This document shows positions 8,599 to 18,094 of a DNA stretch of 64,000 bases, one piece after another; position 1 is the stretch's first letter; each line of letters opens with the position of its first letter. The stretch is from an uncultured Gammaproteobacteria bacterium (GTDB lineage: Bacteria > Patescibacteriota > Microgenomatia > Levybacterales > GWA1-39-11). The notes beneath the pieces are model-generated. The model saw nothing but the letters and a program-made list of their open reading frames with translations, made no database searches and was not told the DNA's origin. Position numbers and translations under genes: made by a program. Where the stretch lies: positions 554,729 to 618,728 of the forward strand of contig CAYVKP010000001.1 of the NCBI GenBank assembly GCA_964452165.1, read 5' to 3'.

Positions 8599-9422
8599 TG
8601 GACGAACAAATAGATAGAATTGTTGAACTTGAAACCACTGTCTTGCAACCGAATCCGCTTCAGCCACGTGGCCTGATTTCTCCCGAGTCTCTCACTGATC
8701 TTGTTAATTCAATTCGCGAGCAAGGAATTCTTGAGCCAATTGTCGTCGCAAAAACTCCGGCAGGATACCAAATTATAGCTGGAGAGAGACGATGGAGAGC
8801 ATCGAGAATCTTAGGGCTTGCGAAGGTCCCGGTTATAGTTAGGGAAACATCTCCGCAGGGAATGCTTGAGATGTCAATAGTAGAGAACGTACAGCGTGAA
8901 GATCTTAATCCAATCGAGCGAGCACAGGCATACAAGAGGCTCATTGATGAGTTTGGAATTTCCGTAACTGAAGTAGCAAAAAGAGTCGGAAAAAGCCTTC
9001 CATATATTTCAAACTCCATTCGTCTCTTGACGCTCCCCGACGCCATCAAAGACGCACTGGCAGCAGGAGTAATTACGGAGGGACATGTTAGGCCGCTTAT
9101 TTCAATTGGAGATCAAAAATTAATGCTCCAGGCTTTCAAAAGGATCTTAATTGAAGGAATTTCCGTTCGCGGCGCAGAAGAAGTGGCAAGACAATTGAAG
9201 TCTGAAGTCCAGAAGAAAGAGCCTCACAAGAAGCGCGACAAACTTTATATTCCGGAGCTTGAAGAGATGGCCAAAAAGCTTATGGAAACACGCGGTTACA
9301 ACAATGTCAGGATAGATCAATCACGAGTCCGGGCCAAAGTCTTGCTTGAGATTAAGGGTGATGAGACTGAAACTAAGGAAAAGCTTGAAGACCTCTTTTC
9401 AAGGCTCACGAAGACCGACTAG
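8598..9422 (+). CDS. parB: ParB/Spo0J-family partition protein (orphan, no parA nearby)
   Basis: Contains the ParB-box GERRWRAS, an HTH region and the N-terminal motif VENVQREDLNPIERAQAY. Confidence 0.75.
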   Translation: MDEQIDRIVELETTVLQPNPLQPRGLISPESLTDLVNSIREQGILEPIVVAKTPAGYQIIAGERRWRASRILGLAKVPVIVRETSPQGMLEMSIVENVQREDLNPIERAQAYKRLIDEFGISVTEVAKRVGKSLPYISNSIRLLTLPDAIKDALAAGVITEGHVRPLISIGDQKLMLQAFKRILIEGISVRGAEEVARQLKSEVQKKEPHKKRDKLYIPELEEMAKKLMETRGYNNVRIDQSRVRAKVLLEIKGDETETKEKLEDLFSRLTKTD

Positions 9423-10033
9423 TTGATATTGTATTTCCCCGTTTTTACAAGTCTAACTCTGCTTATTGGCCAATATACGAAGAATGATTTCCCTATAATC
9501 TTATCTTTGCTGACAAATCCCCACGCACGAGAGTCAGAGCTGCCCGTCCTATTATCTCCCGCAACAAAATAGCTCCCCGCAGGCACGCTTACATCTTGCG
9601 CTTCACCCATGAAGGCTCCTCCGTAGGTTTTTACGTCTGGGGCAAGATAATTGGACTCATCGAGCTTTGTCTCGTTAATATAGAAATAACCGCCTTTAAT
9701 CATAACTTTTTCGCCGGGCATGCCGATTACTCTTTTAATATAGTCTTTCTCGCGATCAACCGGAGAGTGGAAAACTATGACTTCGCCTCGTTTCAAACCT
9801 CCGAGCTTTAGCGAAATCAGGTTGGTAAGAATATATTCACCGTCATGATAGTTTGGGTACATGGATTGACCATTAACCTGGAAAGGTCGGAAGAGAAAAG
9901 CGTAAATCACGACGAAAATTGCGGCTGCAATAACGAGTGTTTCGACCAAATCTATGAGGATCGTCCAAACTTTGCTTAAGACGGGCATGAGTAATATTGT
10001 GCGGTAAAGCACGGATTTTGTCAACAAGCACAA
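9419..10033 (-). CDS. lepB: Signal peptidase I
   Basis: GQSMYPNYHDGEYIL is box B with the catalytic Ser, GDNRTGSSDSRAWGFV is box E, and there is an N-terminal TM anchor. Confidence 0.8.
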   Translation of the reverse strand: MCLLTKSVLYRTILLMPVLSKVWTILIDLVETLVIAAAIFVVIYAFLFRPFQVNGQSMYPNYHDGEYILTNLISLKLGGLKRGEVIVFHSPVDREKDYIKRVIGMPGEKVMIKGGYFYINETKLDESNYLAPDVKTYGGAFMGEAQDVSVPAGSYFVAGDNRTGSSDSRAWGFVSKDKIIGKSFFVYWPISRVRLVKTGKYNIN

Positions 10034-10077
10034 AAATAGAAAAAATGAGCGTAGTCTGGTAGAATTAGTGATCTTTA

Positions 10078-10128
10078 GGATCCGTAGCTCAGCTTGCCCC
10101 GCTCAGCGGGGTGAAGTAGAGCGCGTTT
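10078..10128 (+). other. tRNA-like 5' half fragment (pseudo-tRNA) carrying a GC hairpin insert
   Basis: GGATCCGTAGCTCAGC..GTAGAGCG mirrors the acceptor and D-arm of the adjacent tRNA-Val. It is interrupted by the hairpin CCCCGCTCAGCGGGG, and no matching 3' half exists. Confidence 0.3.
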
Positions 10129-10200
10129 GGAGCTGTAGCTCAGTGGTAGAGCGTTGCATTCACATTGCAAAAGTCACAGGTTCGAATCCTGTCAGCTCCA
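10129..10200 (+). tRNA. tRNA-Val (anticodon CAC)
   Basis: Cloverleaf parsed by hand: acceptor GGAGCTG/CAGCTCC, D-arm GCTC-AGTGGTA-GAGC, anticodon loop TTCACAT, T-arm ACAGG-TTCGAAT-CCTGT. CCA is not encoded. Confidence 0.8.
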
Positions 10201-10202
10201 CA

Positions 10203-11180
10203 ATGGACATGAATAAATTATCCGTAATTGTAATCGGAGCGTTAAATACCGATATTTTTGCTTTGGGCGCGCAAAGGCTGTTGACTGCTGGAGAAAATGC
10301 CAGGGTAGAGCAGATTCATATTGGAGCAGGTGGTAAAGCCAGGAATATGGCTCAAATGATAGCTGTTCTTGCTGGGAAGCAGAGTGTGGCTATGATAGGT
10401 AGAACTTCTACCGATCCTTACGGCTTATGGAAGGTGCCCGTAGATTCACTCAAGGGGTCGGGGGTAAATACGGACTATATTTACGCTCAAAAAGATGGAA
10501 AAATGCCCGGAATAGCCTTGATTCCGGTTGATAAGAAAGGTCAAAATCAGATTTATGTCTCTAATGGTGTCAACGACGACCTTTCCACGCAAGATATCGA
10601 TAAAGCTAGCGACTTGTTTAGTATGGTTGCGAAAAATAAAGGATATTTGGTTTTGAGTCTGGAGTCCCCCTACGAAACAGTTTTATACGCTATCAAAAAG
10701 GCAAACGGATTAGGCATAAAAGTTCTTCTCGATCCGGGCGGGTTGGATCAAGGGAAAAATTATGATCAAATTTTGGAGCAAAAGATCTTTTTACTGAAGC
10801 CAAATGAACATGAGGCAAGGTTTCTTACCGGTATAGAAGTTCGGGATGAAGGATCTGCGCAGGAATCGGCAAGTAAGTTATTGGCTGGAGGAATCGAGAA
10901 TGTCCTCATAACTATAGGATCACAAGGTGGATACCTTTTTGAAGGTCAATTGAGGAAGCACATACCGATACCCCAAGTGAGTGTTTCAAATGCTCAAGAT
11001 GAGACGGGATGTGGGGACCAAGCGATGGCTGCATTGGTCTATGGGCTTTTACAAAAGAGGAATATGGAAGAGGCCGCTAAAACTGCAATTCTTGCTGGTA
11101 CGATTCAATTTTATAAGCCGGGGATAGTCCCTGTTGAAACAAAAGAAATCGCGAGATATTCGAAAAACCCGCTGAGATGA
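10203..11180 (+). CDS. PfkB-family sugar/sugar-phosphate kinase (ribokinase-like)
   Basis: GAGGKARNMA and a C-terminal anion-hole region are typical of the ribokinase/PfkB fold. The track ORF's N-terminal extension is tRNA sequence, so the ATG at 10203 is used. Confidence 0.7.
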   Translation: MDMNKLSVIVIGALNTDIFALGAQRLLTAGENARVEQIHIGAGGKARNMAQMIAVLAGKQSVAMIGRTSTDPYGLWKVPVDSLKGSGVNTDYIYAQKDGKMPGIALIPVDKKGQNQIYVSNGVNDDLSTQDIDKASDLFSMVAKNKGYLVLSLESPYETVLYAIKKANGLGIKVLLDPGGLDQGKNYDQILEQKIFLLKPNEHEARFLTGIEVRDEGSAQESASKLLAGGIENVLITIGSQGGYLFEGQLRKHIPIPQVSVSNAQDETGCGDQAMAALVYGLLQKRNMEEAAKTAILAGTIQFYKPGIVPVETKEIARYSKNPLR

Positions 11181-12274
11181 AGATTCTATTTGTGACTCCA
11201 TCTTTTTATCCAAACATTGGTGGGGTCGAGGAGCACGCCTTGAGAGTTGCTGAAGAATTGGCGAGGCAAGGAAACGAGGTAAACGTGCTTACGCAGTTGT
11301 CCCCAAAAAATCAGCATAACAAAAAAAATAATTATCAGTCAATAGGTAAAAGTGATACCTATGATATCAAATTAAAAAAGGCCGCCAAATCAATCCAAAC
11401 TGATCATTTTGAGCCTGAGCAAATAAAAATAAGTAGGTTAAATTTTGGAAAAGACGATTGGTTTAAGAAATTCAGAATTTGGCAACAAATGCTTATCTCC
11501 CTTAAATTTTTCAGAGAAGCCGACATTATACATTGTCATGACGTATTTTTCTGGTGCCTGCCTTTAAGATTTATTTTTCCTTATAAAAAGTTTTATACCA
11601 CGTTCCACGGTTATGAAACTAAATTCCCTCCTGCTACTGGTGCAAGAATCGTCAGAAAAATAAGCGAGGTACTTTCGAACGGAAATATTTGTATCGGGCA
11701 ATATATTGAGAAGTGGTACGGGACAAAAGCTGACTACGTAAGTTATGGAGGAGTAAATAAGAACTCAAAGCTCAAAACTCAAAGCTCAAAACTAAATAAT
11801 AGAATAAAGATTCTTCTTGTGGGACGACTCGAGGGGGATAATGGGGTAGATATTTATCTAAATACTCTAGGTCTATTAAAAAAGGAGGGGGAAAGGTTCG
11901 ATTTTGTGGTATGTGGCGATGGGGAGTTGAGAAAAAATGCTGAAAGGTTTGGTAAAGTGCTGGGATTTGTTAAGCCGGTCTCCGATTATATTGCTCGGGC
12001 AGATATAGTTTTTGCTTCTTCTTATCTTTCAATTCTTGAGGCGATGGCAGCAGGAGTGCCGGTTTTTGCAGTTTATAAAAACTCCCTGAAAGAGGATTAT
12101 CTAAAAGACACACCATTTGCAAACATGATAAGTATTAGCGCTTCCTCTCAGGAGTTGTTTAGCTCGATAAAAAATAGTAACTCCAAGAGTAAGGTAAAAG
12201 TTGCGCAGGACTGGGCTAGGAAGCAGACGTGGGGCAGCGTAGCAAATACTTATAAAAAATTATGGCGAGTATGA
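11177..12274 (+). CDS. Glycosyltransferase family 1 (GT4-like)
   Basis: MKILFVTPSFYPNIGGVEEHALRVAEELARQGNEV is a GT-B N-terminus, with an E-x7-E-like region at the C-terminus. Confidence 0.7.
   Translation: MKILFVTPSFYPNIGGVEEHALRVAEELARQGNEVNVLTQLSPKNQHNKKNNYQSIGKSDTYDIKLKKAAKSIQTDHFEPEQIKISRLNFGKDDWFKKFRIWQQMLISLKFFREADIIHCHDVFFWCLPLRFIFPYKKFYTTFHGYETKFPPATGARIVRKISEVLSNGNICIGQYIEKWYGTKADYVSYGGVNKNSKLKTQSSKLNNRIKILLVGRLEGDNGVDIYLNTLGLLKKEGERFDFVVCGDGELRKNAERFGKVLGFVKPVSDYIARADIVFASSYLSILEAMAAGVPVFAVYKNSLKEDYLKDTPFANMISISASSQELFSSIKNSNSKSKVKVAQDWARKQTWGSVANTYKKLWRV
11764..11791 (+). repeat. Heptanucleotide tandem repeat (CTCAAAR)x4 inside the GT1 coding sequence
   Basis: ctcaaag ctcaaaa ctcaaag ctcaaaa, encoding NSKLKTQSSKLNN. 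A 7-nt unit is not a multiple of 3. Confidence 0.8.
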
Positions 12275-13188
12275 TCTCATTTATATCAACTGTCTTTAAT
12301 GAAGAGAGAAACATTAATCAATTCCTCGATTCTCTGGCGTCTCAGAGCCTCGTTCCATCAGAAATAGTAATTGTAGATGGCGGCTCGACCGATAAAACGG
12401 TTCGGTTGATACAAGAACACAAGCTTGCCAAAAAGATCAAAATATTCAAAAAGAAAGGAAATAGATCTGTTGGTCGTAACTTTGCCATCGAAAACTCAAG
12501 AGGTGATATCATCGCTTGCTCTGATTCGGGAAACATTTTGGATAGGAATTGGCTCAAAAACATTGTCTTACCGTTTAAAGACAAACAAATAGACGTGGTT
12601 GCTGGTTATTATAAGGGTAAGCCAGCAAATATCTTTCAGAAATGTCTTATTCCATATGTTTTAGTTATGAAAGATAGGGTGGATCCTAAATCTTTTCTTC
12701 CGGCCACAAGGTCAATGGCCTTCAGGAAGGTCATTTGGGAAAAGGTGGGTAAATTTAATTCTAATTTATCACACAATGAAGACTACGCCTTCGCTCGTAA
12801 ATTGAGAGAAGCTGGAGCAAGGATTTCTTTTCAAGAAAAGGCAATTGCGTATTGGGTTCCAAGGAATAATTTAGTTCAGTCATTTATTATGTTTTTTAGG
12901 TTTGCTTACGGTGATGCGCAAGCCAAGATCTTTCGTCCTAAAGTAGCCTTGATATTTGTTCGCTATATTTTAATATTGACGCTTATTCTGGCCTGGTTAC
13001 TCTCTAAAAGTAATTTATTCATCGAGCTTGCAGTAATTTTACTTGTTCTCTATGTTTTGTGGGCAGTTATGAAGAACTATAAATATGTTAATCATGCGCA
13101 AGCGCTTTTCTGGCTTCCGGTTCTTCAATTTACATCAGATCTGGCCGTAATCCTTGGAACGCCTATGGCGCTTCTTAGTAAAAAGTAA
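12262..13188 (+). CDS. Glycosyltransferase family 2 with C-terminal TM segments
   Basis: ISTVFNEERNINQFLDSLASQS...EIVIVDGGSTDKT is a GT-A DxD-type N-terminal domain. Confidence 0.7.
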   Translation: MASMISFISTVFNEERNINQFLDSLASQSLVPSEIVIVDGGSTDKTVRLIQEHKLAKKIKIFKKKGNRSVGRNFAIENSRGDIIACSDSGNILDRNWLKNIVLPFKDKQIDVVAGYYKGKPANIFQKCLIPYVLVMKDRVDPKSFLPATRSMAFRKVIWEKVGKFNSNLSHNEDYAFARKLREAGARISFQEKAIAYWVPRNNLVQSFIMFFRFAYGDAQAKIFRPKVALIFVRYILILTLILAWLLSKSNLFIELAVILLVLYVLWAVMKNYKYVNHAQALFWLPVLQFTSDLAVILGTPMALLSKK

Positions 13189-13207
13189 ACTACTATATAA
13201 TATATGT

Positions 13208-14425
13208 ATGGGCTATCTTAAAAAGGCTGCCATAGGAATCACCTGGCTTGGCGCAATAAGAATAATATTAAGAGGTTTGGGGTTATTCAAAACAGTAATT
13301 ATTGCAAGATTCCTCTTGCCTACACAATTTGGACTTTTTGGTATTGCCTCAATAATATTAGGACTCATAGAGATTCTAACTGAGACAGGAGTAAATGTTT
13401 TCCTGATCCAGGAGAAAGATAAGCTGGACAAATTTGTAGATACGGCCTGGATTGTCTCGGTTGCAAGAGGTTTGATTATTGCTGTACTTATTGCAGTCAG
13501 TGCTCCATTTGTGGCATCTTTTTACAAAACACCGAGCGCAACTATTGTAATTCTTTTAATTGCCATCGTTCCACTAATTCGCGGTTTTATAAATCCGGCA
13601 GAAATAAAGTTCCAGAAGGATCTGGAGTTTTCAAAAGAATTTTTCTTTAGAACCGCAATTTTAATAGTTGACGCTTTAGTTTCGGTTAGCATTGTCATTT
13701 CGACGCATTCTCCCATGGGTCTTGTGTGGGGTATGGTAGGCGGAGCTATTACGGAGTTAGTCTTATCACACTTGCTCATTAAGCCGTCGCCCAAAATCAA
13801 ATTTAATAAACAAATTGCGTCTGATATTATTTCCAGGGGAAAATGGGTCACGTCTTTTGGAATATTTGACTACCTCTTTACTAATGCTGACAATCTAATC
13901 GTTGGGAAAATTTTTGGGATAGGGGCATTGGGACTTTACGATATGGGATACAGTATTTCGATTCTCCCCGCAACGGAGGTGGCCGGAATAGTTTCAAAAG
14001 CCACATTTCCAATTTACGTTCAAATATCACACGAAGTTGACAGACTTAAAAAAGCATTCTTCAAAACAGCCGGTTTAATGTTGGTCTTAGGGGTTCCGGT
14101 TGCTGTCATCTTCTTCTTGTTTCCGGAATTTATTATAAAAATAGTTTTGGGTAATAAATGGCTTTCTGCAGCACCTGTACTTAAGATACTTGCGCTCTTT
14201 GGTTTGATAAGAGCCGTAACCGGATCTGCCAATGCTGTTTTCCTATCTTTAAAGAAACAAAACCTCCTCGCGCTAATTACCTTTGTTAATATTTTTATAC
14301 TACTTGCTACAATCTTTCCCTTTACGGCAGGGTTAGGATTGACAGGAGCGGCTTACTCGGCGTTACTTGCATCAATAATCAGTTTGTTTGTTACTTTTTA
14401 TCTCGCATTAAAAATTCTGAATTAA
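13208..14425 (+). CDS. Wzx-type oligosaccharide flippase (MOP superfamily)
   Basis: About 12 TM helices, with a polysaccharide-biosynthesis-protein N-terminus (KTVIIARFLLPTQFGLFGIA). The ATG at 13208 is preferred over the TTG at 13154. Confidence 0.65.
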   Translation: MGYLKKAAIGITWLGAIRIILRGLGLFKTVIIARFLLPTQFGLFGIASIILGLIEILTETGVNVFLIQEKDKLDKFVDTAWIVSVARGLIIAVLIAVSAPFVASFYKTPSATIVILLIAIVPLIRGFINPAEIKFQKDLEFSKEFFFRTAILIVDALVSVSIVISTHSPMGLVWGMVGGAITELVLSHLLIKPSPKIKFNKQIASDIISRGKWVTSFGIFDYLFTNADNLIVGKIFGIGALGLYDMGYSISILPATEVAGIVSKATFPIYVQISHEVDRLKKAFFKTAGLMLVLGVPVAVIFFLFPEFIIKIVLGNKWLSAAPVLKILALFGLIRAVTGSANAVFLSLKKQNLLALITFVNIFILLATIFPFTAGLGLTGAAYSALLASIISLFVTFYLALKILN

Positions 14426-14473
14426 CCTCATTGGGCGTTTAAGAAGGCACGAATTAATGCTATAATTTGTCCC

Positions 14474-15589
14474 ATGATTCCGGTATTTTCGCCGAGTCTC
14501 GGTCGTGAAGAAGAGAAGGCGGTTTCAAAAGTTCTAAAAAGCGGTTGGATAGGAAGTGGACCTGCGGTCGCACGGTTTGAAAAAGACTTCCTGACTTTCA
14601 CGAAGGGCAAATATGCTGTCGCAACAAATTCGGCAAGTGCGGCACTTCATCTTGCAATTATTGCTGCCGGCGTTGGAAAGGGAGATGAAGTAATAACTCC
14701 CTCTTTCACCTTTGTCGCAACCAACCACCCTATATTAATGCAGGGAGCAACACCCGTCTTCTGCGATATTAAAGAAGATAATTTCTGCGCGGACCCCAGA
14801 GACATTGAGAGAAAGATAACAGGTAAGACTCGTGCAGTCGTCGTGGTTCACTACGGAGGATATCCTGCGCAAATCGAGGAGATTGTTAAGATTTGTAAGA
14901 AAAATAATTTGATTCTCATTGAAGATTGCGCTCACGCGAGCGGTTCTTTCTACAAGGGAAGGCACTTGGGGACATTTGGAGATTTTGGGTGTTTTTCTTT
15001 TGCAGCAATTAAAAACCTGACAACGGGAGATGGGGGAATGCTTATAGGTAAATCTAAAGAAAAAATAGATCAGGCAAGAACCTTGTCATGGTCCGGTATA
15101 TCTCAGTCGACGTGGGAAAGAGCAAAAAAAGGAGTTGTACGCTGGAGATATAATGTGGTGTCGGCCGGGTGGAAATATCAAATGAACGACATTGCAGCAA
15201 GTATTGGGATTGTTCAGCTCGTAAAACTTAAAAAGAACAACGGAAAAAGAAAAGATATTACGAATAGATACGATAAAGCATTTAAGGGTGTGCCCTGGAT
15301 AAAGGTTCGAGATGTAGGCAAAGACGAAGAACCATCCTATCACAATTACATAATAAGAGTATCTGCTCAGGTAAGAGATAAGCTTAGTGATTTTCTTGCA
15401 GTACGCGCTATTGCAACGAGTGTGCACTACGTTCCAAGCCACCACTACAAGATTTACTCAAAATATAAATCTAAACTTCCGGTGACTGATAAGATATGGA
15501 AAGAAATCTTGCTTCTTCCGATTTTTCCTGACCTGCGACCAATTGATCAAAAGCACATTATTGATTCGATTTTAAAATTTAAACCGTGA
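14474..15589 (+). CDS. DegT/DnrJ/EryC1/StrS-family PLP-dependent sugar aminotransferase
   Basis: MIPVFSPSLGREEEKAVSKVLKSGWIGSGPAVARFEKDF... is the canonical DegT-family N-terminus. Confidence 0.75.
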   Translation: MIPVFSPSLGREEEKAVSKVLKSGWIGSGPAVARFEKDFLTFTKGKYAVATNSASAALHLAIIAAGVGKGDEVITPSFTFVATNHPILMQGATPVFCDIKEDNFCADPRDIERKITGKTRAVVVVHYGGYPAQIEEIVKICKKNNLILIEDCAHASGSFYKGRHLGTFGDFGCFSFAAIKNLTTGDGGMLIGKSKEKIDQARTLSWSGISQSTWERAKKGVVRWRYNVVSAGWKYQMNDIAASIGIVQLVKLKKNNGKRKDITNRYDKAFKGVPWIKVRDVGKDEEPSYHNYIIRVSAQVRDKLSDFLAVRAIATSVHYVPSHHYKIYSKYKSKLPVTDKIWKEILLLPIFPDLRPIDQKHIIDSILKFKP

Positions 15590-16827
15590 GCAACTTTTCT
15601 AAAGTTTTAAGGAATACTACTGCGCTTACAATATCTGAAATTTTCCTGAGCGGGATAAGCGCTTTGTGGTTAATTTATCTTGCGCGTAATTCAAGTATTG
15701 ATATTTTTGGTAGGTACAATTTTGTAAACTCATATATCGGACTTTTTTCGTTTTTACCAGATCTTGGTGTGGGTCTAATCGTGATTCGAGAGATTGCGAG
15801 TAAAAAGAAAGATGCCGGACTTCTTCTTGGAAATTCATTCATATTAAACTTTCTTCTTTCGCTCTTTGCCTTTGTTGTAATATTGCTAGTGACGGTCCCC
15901 CTGAAAATGTCTTATCAGGTCTCCGTCTTGGTTGTTATTGCAGCCTTAACTTTGTTTATCTCCACCATAAGATCCGTTGCAATGTTCTATTTTGAGGGAG
16001 TAGAGAAGATGGTCTATCCGGCGATCCTGAATGCTCTCAATAGTTTGCTTTTGATAGTTTTTGGTTTTGTTGGATTTTCTGTCAGCGGGATTTTGGGAAT
16101 TTTTGTAGGAATGCTCTTGGCAACCATTGTAAGTCTATTAGTATCGTGGGGAATTCTTATAAGTAAATTTATAATTCCCAAATTCAAATTTGATTCAAAA
16201 TTAGCGAGACATCTCTTCCTTGAGGGGTTGCCTCTTGGAATAGCAGCATTCGCAAGTCTCATCTATTCAAAGATAGATTCGATCATTGTGAATCAAATGC
16301 TTGGCGAGAGGGCTGTTGGAATATACAGTGCCGCGACTCCCTTTGTTTTTGCTTCAATCCAACTTTTGAACGTGCCATTTATGGTGGCAGTATTTCCTGC
16401 TCTGTCAAGACTTTCCTCGGGTGGAAAGAAGGAGTTCATTGGCTCAATTAAAAATTCTCTGTCAATAATACTTCTTTGGAGCATACCTTTTTCTATTGGG
16501 GTGAGTATTTTTGCTGGCTTAGTCCCGTTGGTTTTTGGGAGCAAGTATTCAGGTGCTGTACCAATACTTAGAGTTTTAATATTCTATGTTCCGTTTGCAT
16601 GTCTCTCAGCTCTTTTATACAAAATATTGATTATTCTAAGGAAACAACGCGTGTATATGTTAATAAGCATAGTAGGCGCGTTGATAAGCGTTGGTCTGAG
16701 CTTTGTTTTCATTTCGAGATTTTCTGTAATGGGTGCTGCTATTGCATCAGTATCAACGCAGATTATTCTTCTATTTATATACGCAGTGGTTGTTTTTAAT
16801 CTCTTAAGAAAACATAAATATGTTTAA
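15586..16827 (+). CDS. Second Wzx-type flippase (MOP superfamily)
   Basis: A polytopic membrane protein with the same architecture as 13208-14425. Confidence 0.6.
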   Translation: MSNFSKVLRNTTALTISEIFLSGISALWLIYLARNSSIDIFGRYNFVNSYIGLFSFLPDLGVGLIVIREIASKKKDAGLLLGNSFILNFLLSLFAFVVILLVTVPLKMSYQVSVLVVIAALTLFISTIRSVAMFYFEGVEKMVYPAILNALNSLLLIVFGFVGFSVSGILGIFVGMLLATIVSLLVSWGILISKFIIPKFKFDSKLARHLFLEGLPLGIAAFASLIYSKIDSIIVNQMLGERAVGIYSAATPFVFASIQLLNVPFMVAVFPALSRLSSGGKKEFIGSIKNSLSIILLWSIPFSIGVSIFAGLVPLVFGSKYSGAVPILRVLIFYVPFACLSALLYKILIILRKQRVYMLISIVGALISVGLSFVFISRFSVMGAAIASVSTQIILLFIYAVVVFNLLRKHKYV

Positions 16828-18094
16828 AAACAAAAAAATTACAGTGATAGGTTTGGGCTATGTGGGTTTGCCATTAGCGATTTTGGCTGAGAAGAAGGGT
16901 TACGAGGTCGCTGGAATTGTGAAAACTTCAAAGACTGCAGAATTAATTAATAATAGAAAGACCCCATTTTCAGACAAGAGTCTTCAACGAGATTTAAAAA
17001 ATAGCCAAATCACAGTAGGCATCAATTTTGAGCCGGTTAAAAATTCTTCCGTTGTCATAATTTGCGTACCAACTCCTATAACTTCCGATAATAAACCCGA
17101 TCTCAGTATCCTAAAAGACGCGGCTACAAATCTTGCAGGTTTTATAAACCCCGGTCAATTGATAATTCTTGAGTCGACTGTAAATCCGGGAATCTCCGAA
17201 GAGATTGTTATTCCGATCATTGAAAAAGTATTTAAAAAAAAGTGCGGAAGGGATTTCTTTTTTGCGCATTGCCCCGAGAGGATAAACCCGGGAGATAAAA
17301 AATGGACAATCAATAAGATTCCTCGGGTTGTTGGGGGATTCGATGAAAAGAGTCGTGTTATGGCAGAGTATTTTTACAACTCTATTCTAAGCACTAAGGT
17401 ATACAACGTGGCGGGACTTAAAGAAGCGGAAGCGTCAAAGATTGTGGAGAATGCATTTCGTGATATAAATATAGCTTTTGTCAACGAACTGGCTTTGTCT
17501 TTTCAAAGGCTCGGTATAGACGTAGTGGATGTAATAAATGCAGCAGCGACAAAACCATTCGGCTTTATGCCGCATTTCCCGGGAGCTGGTGTCGGTGGTC
17601 ATTGTATACCTGTGGACCCTTACTATCTTATAGACTATGCATCAAAGAAAGGTTTTAAGCATGATTTCCTTATTCTTGCACGCAAAATAAACAATTCCAT
17701 GCCTAAATACACCGTCGATTTACTACTGGAAGGCCTAAGGGAGAAAAAAATAAAATCGGAAAGTGCTAAAGTTTTGGTTTTAGGCATTGCATATAAGGCA
17801 GGTATAGATGATACGAGGGAAAGTCCTGCTCTAAAAATTATTCAGCTACTCAAGAGGAATAAGATCAACGTCAAATCTTTTGATCCCAATGTTCCCTTGC
17901 TTTCATCTTTTAAGACACTTGATGAGGCACTGTCTTTTGCAGATTCGGTAATTATTGCAACCGCCCATAAAGATTTTATTGATCTGCCTTTTAGCGCCTG
18001 GAGAAAATTCCAGGTTGTTATAGATGGTAGGAATTGTCTTGATAAGAAAAATTTCTTAAAGTCGGGTATTTATTACAGAGGAATTGGAAGATGA
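16820..18094 (+). CDS. Nucleotide-sugar dehydrogenase (UDP-glucose/UDP-ManNAc dehydrogenase family)
   Basis: KITVIGLGYVGLPLA is a Rossmann GxGxxG. The central catalytic domain contains GGHCIP. Confidence 0.75.
   Translation: MFKNKKITVIGLGYVGLPLAILAEKKGYEVAGIVKTSKTAELINNRKTPFSDKSLQRDLKNSQITVGINFEPVKNSSVVIICVPTPITSDNKPDLSILKDAATNLAGFINPGQLIILESTVNPGISEEIVIPIIEKVFKKKCGRDFFFAHCPERINPGDKKWTINKIPRVVGGFDEKSRVMAEYFYNSILSTKVYNVAGLKEAEASKIVENAFRDINIAFVNELALSFQRLGIDVVDVINAAATKPFGFMPHFPGAGVGGHCIPVDPYYLIDYASKKGFKHDFLILARKINNSMPKYTVDLLLEGLREKKIKSESAKVLVLGIAYKAGIDDTRESPALKIIQLLKRNKINVKSFDPNVPLLSSFKTLDEALSFADSVIIATAHKDFIDLPFSAWRKFQVVIDGRNCLDKKNFLKSGIYYRGIGR

Noticed and set aside
8663-8672. Perfect 10-bp palindrome GCCACGTGGC inside parB, considered as a parS-like centromere (CACGTG core)
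   Set aside because: About 60 perfect 10-bp palindromes are expected by chance in 64 kb. The flanks do not match the parS consensus TGTTTCACGTGAAACA, and the palindrome does not extend. A second CACGTG near 56921 is not palindromic.
10068-10202. N-terminal 45 codons of track ORF 10068-11180 (MIFRIRSSACPAQRGEVERVWSCSSVVERCIHIAKVTGSNPVSST)
   Set aside because: This stretch is the translated tRNA-like fragment and tRNA-Val (GTAGCTCAG..GGTTCGAATCC). The kinase begins at the ATG at 10203.
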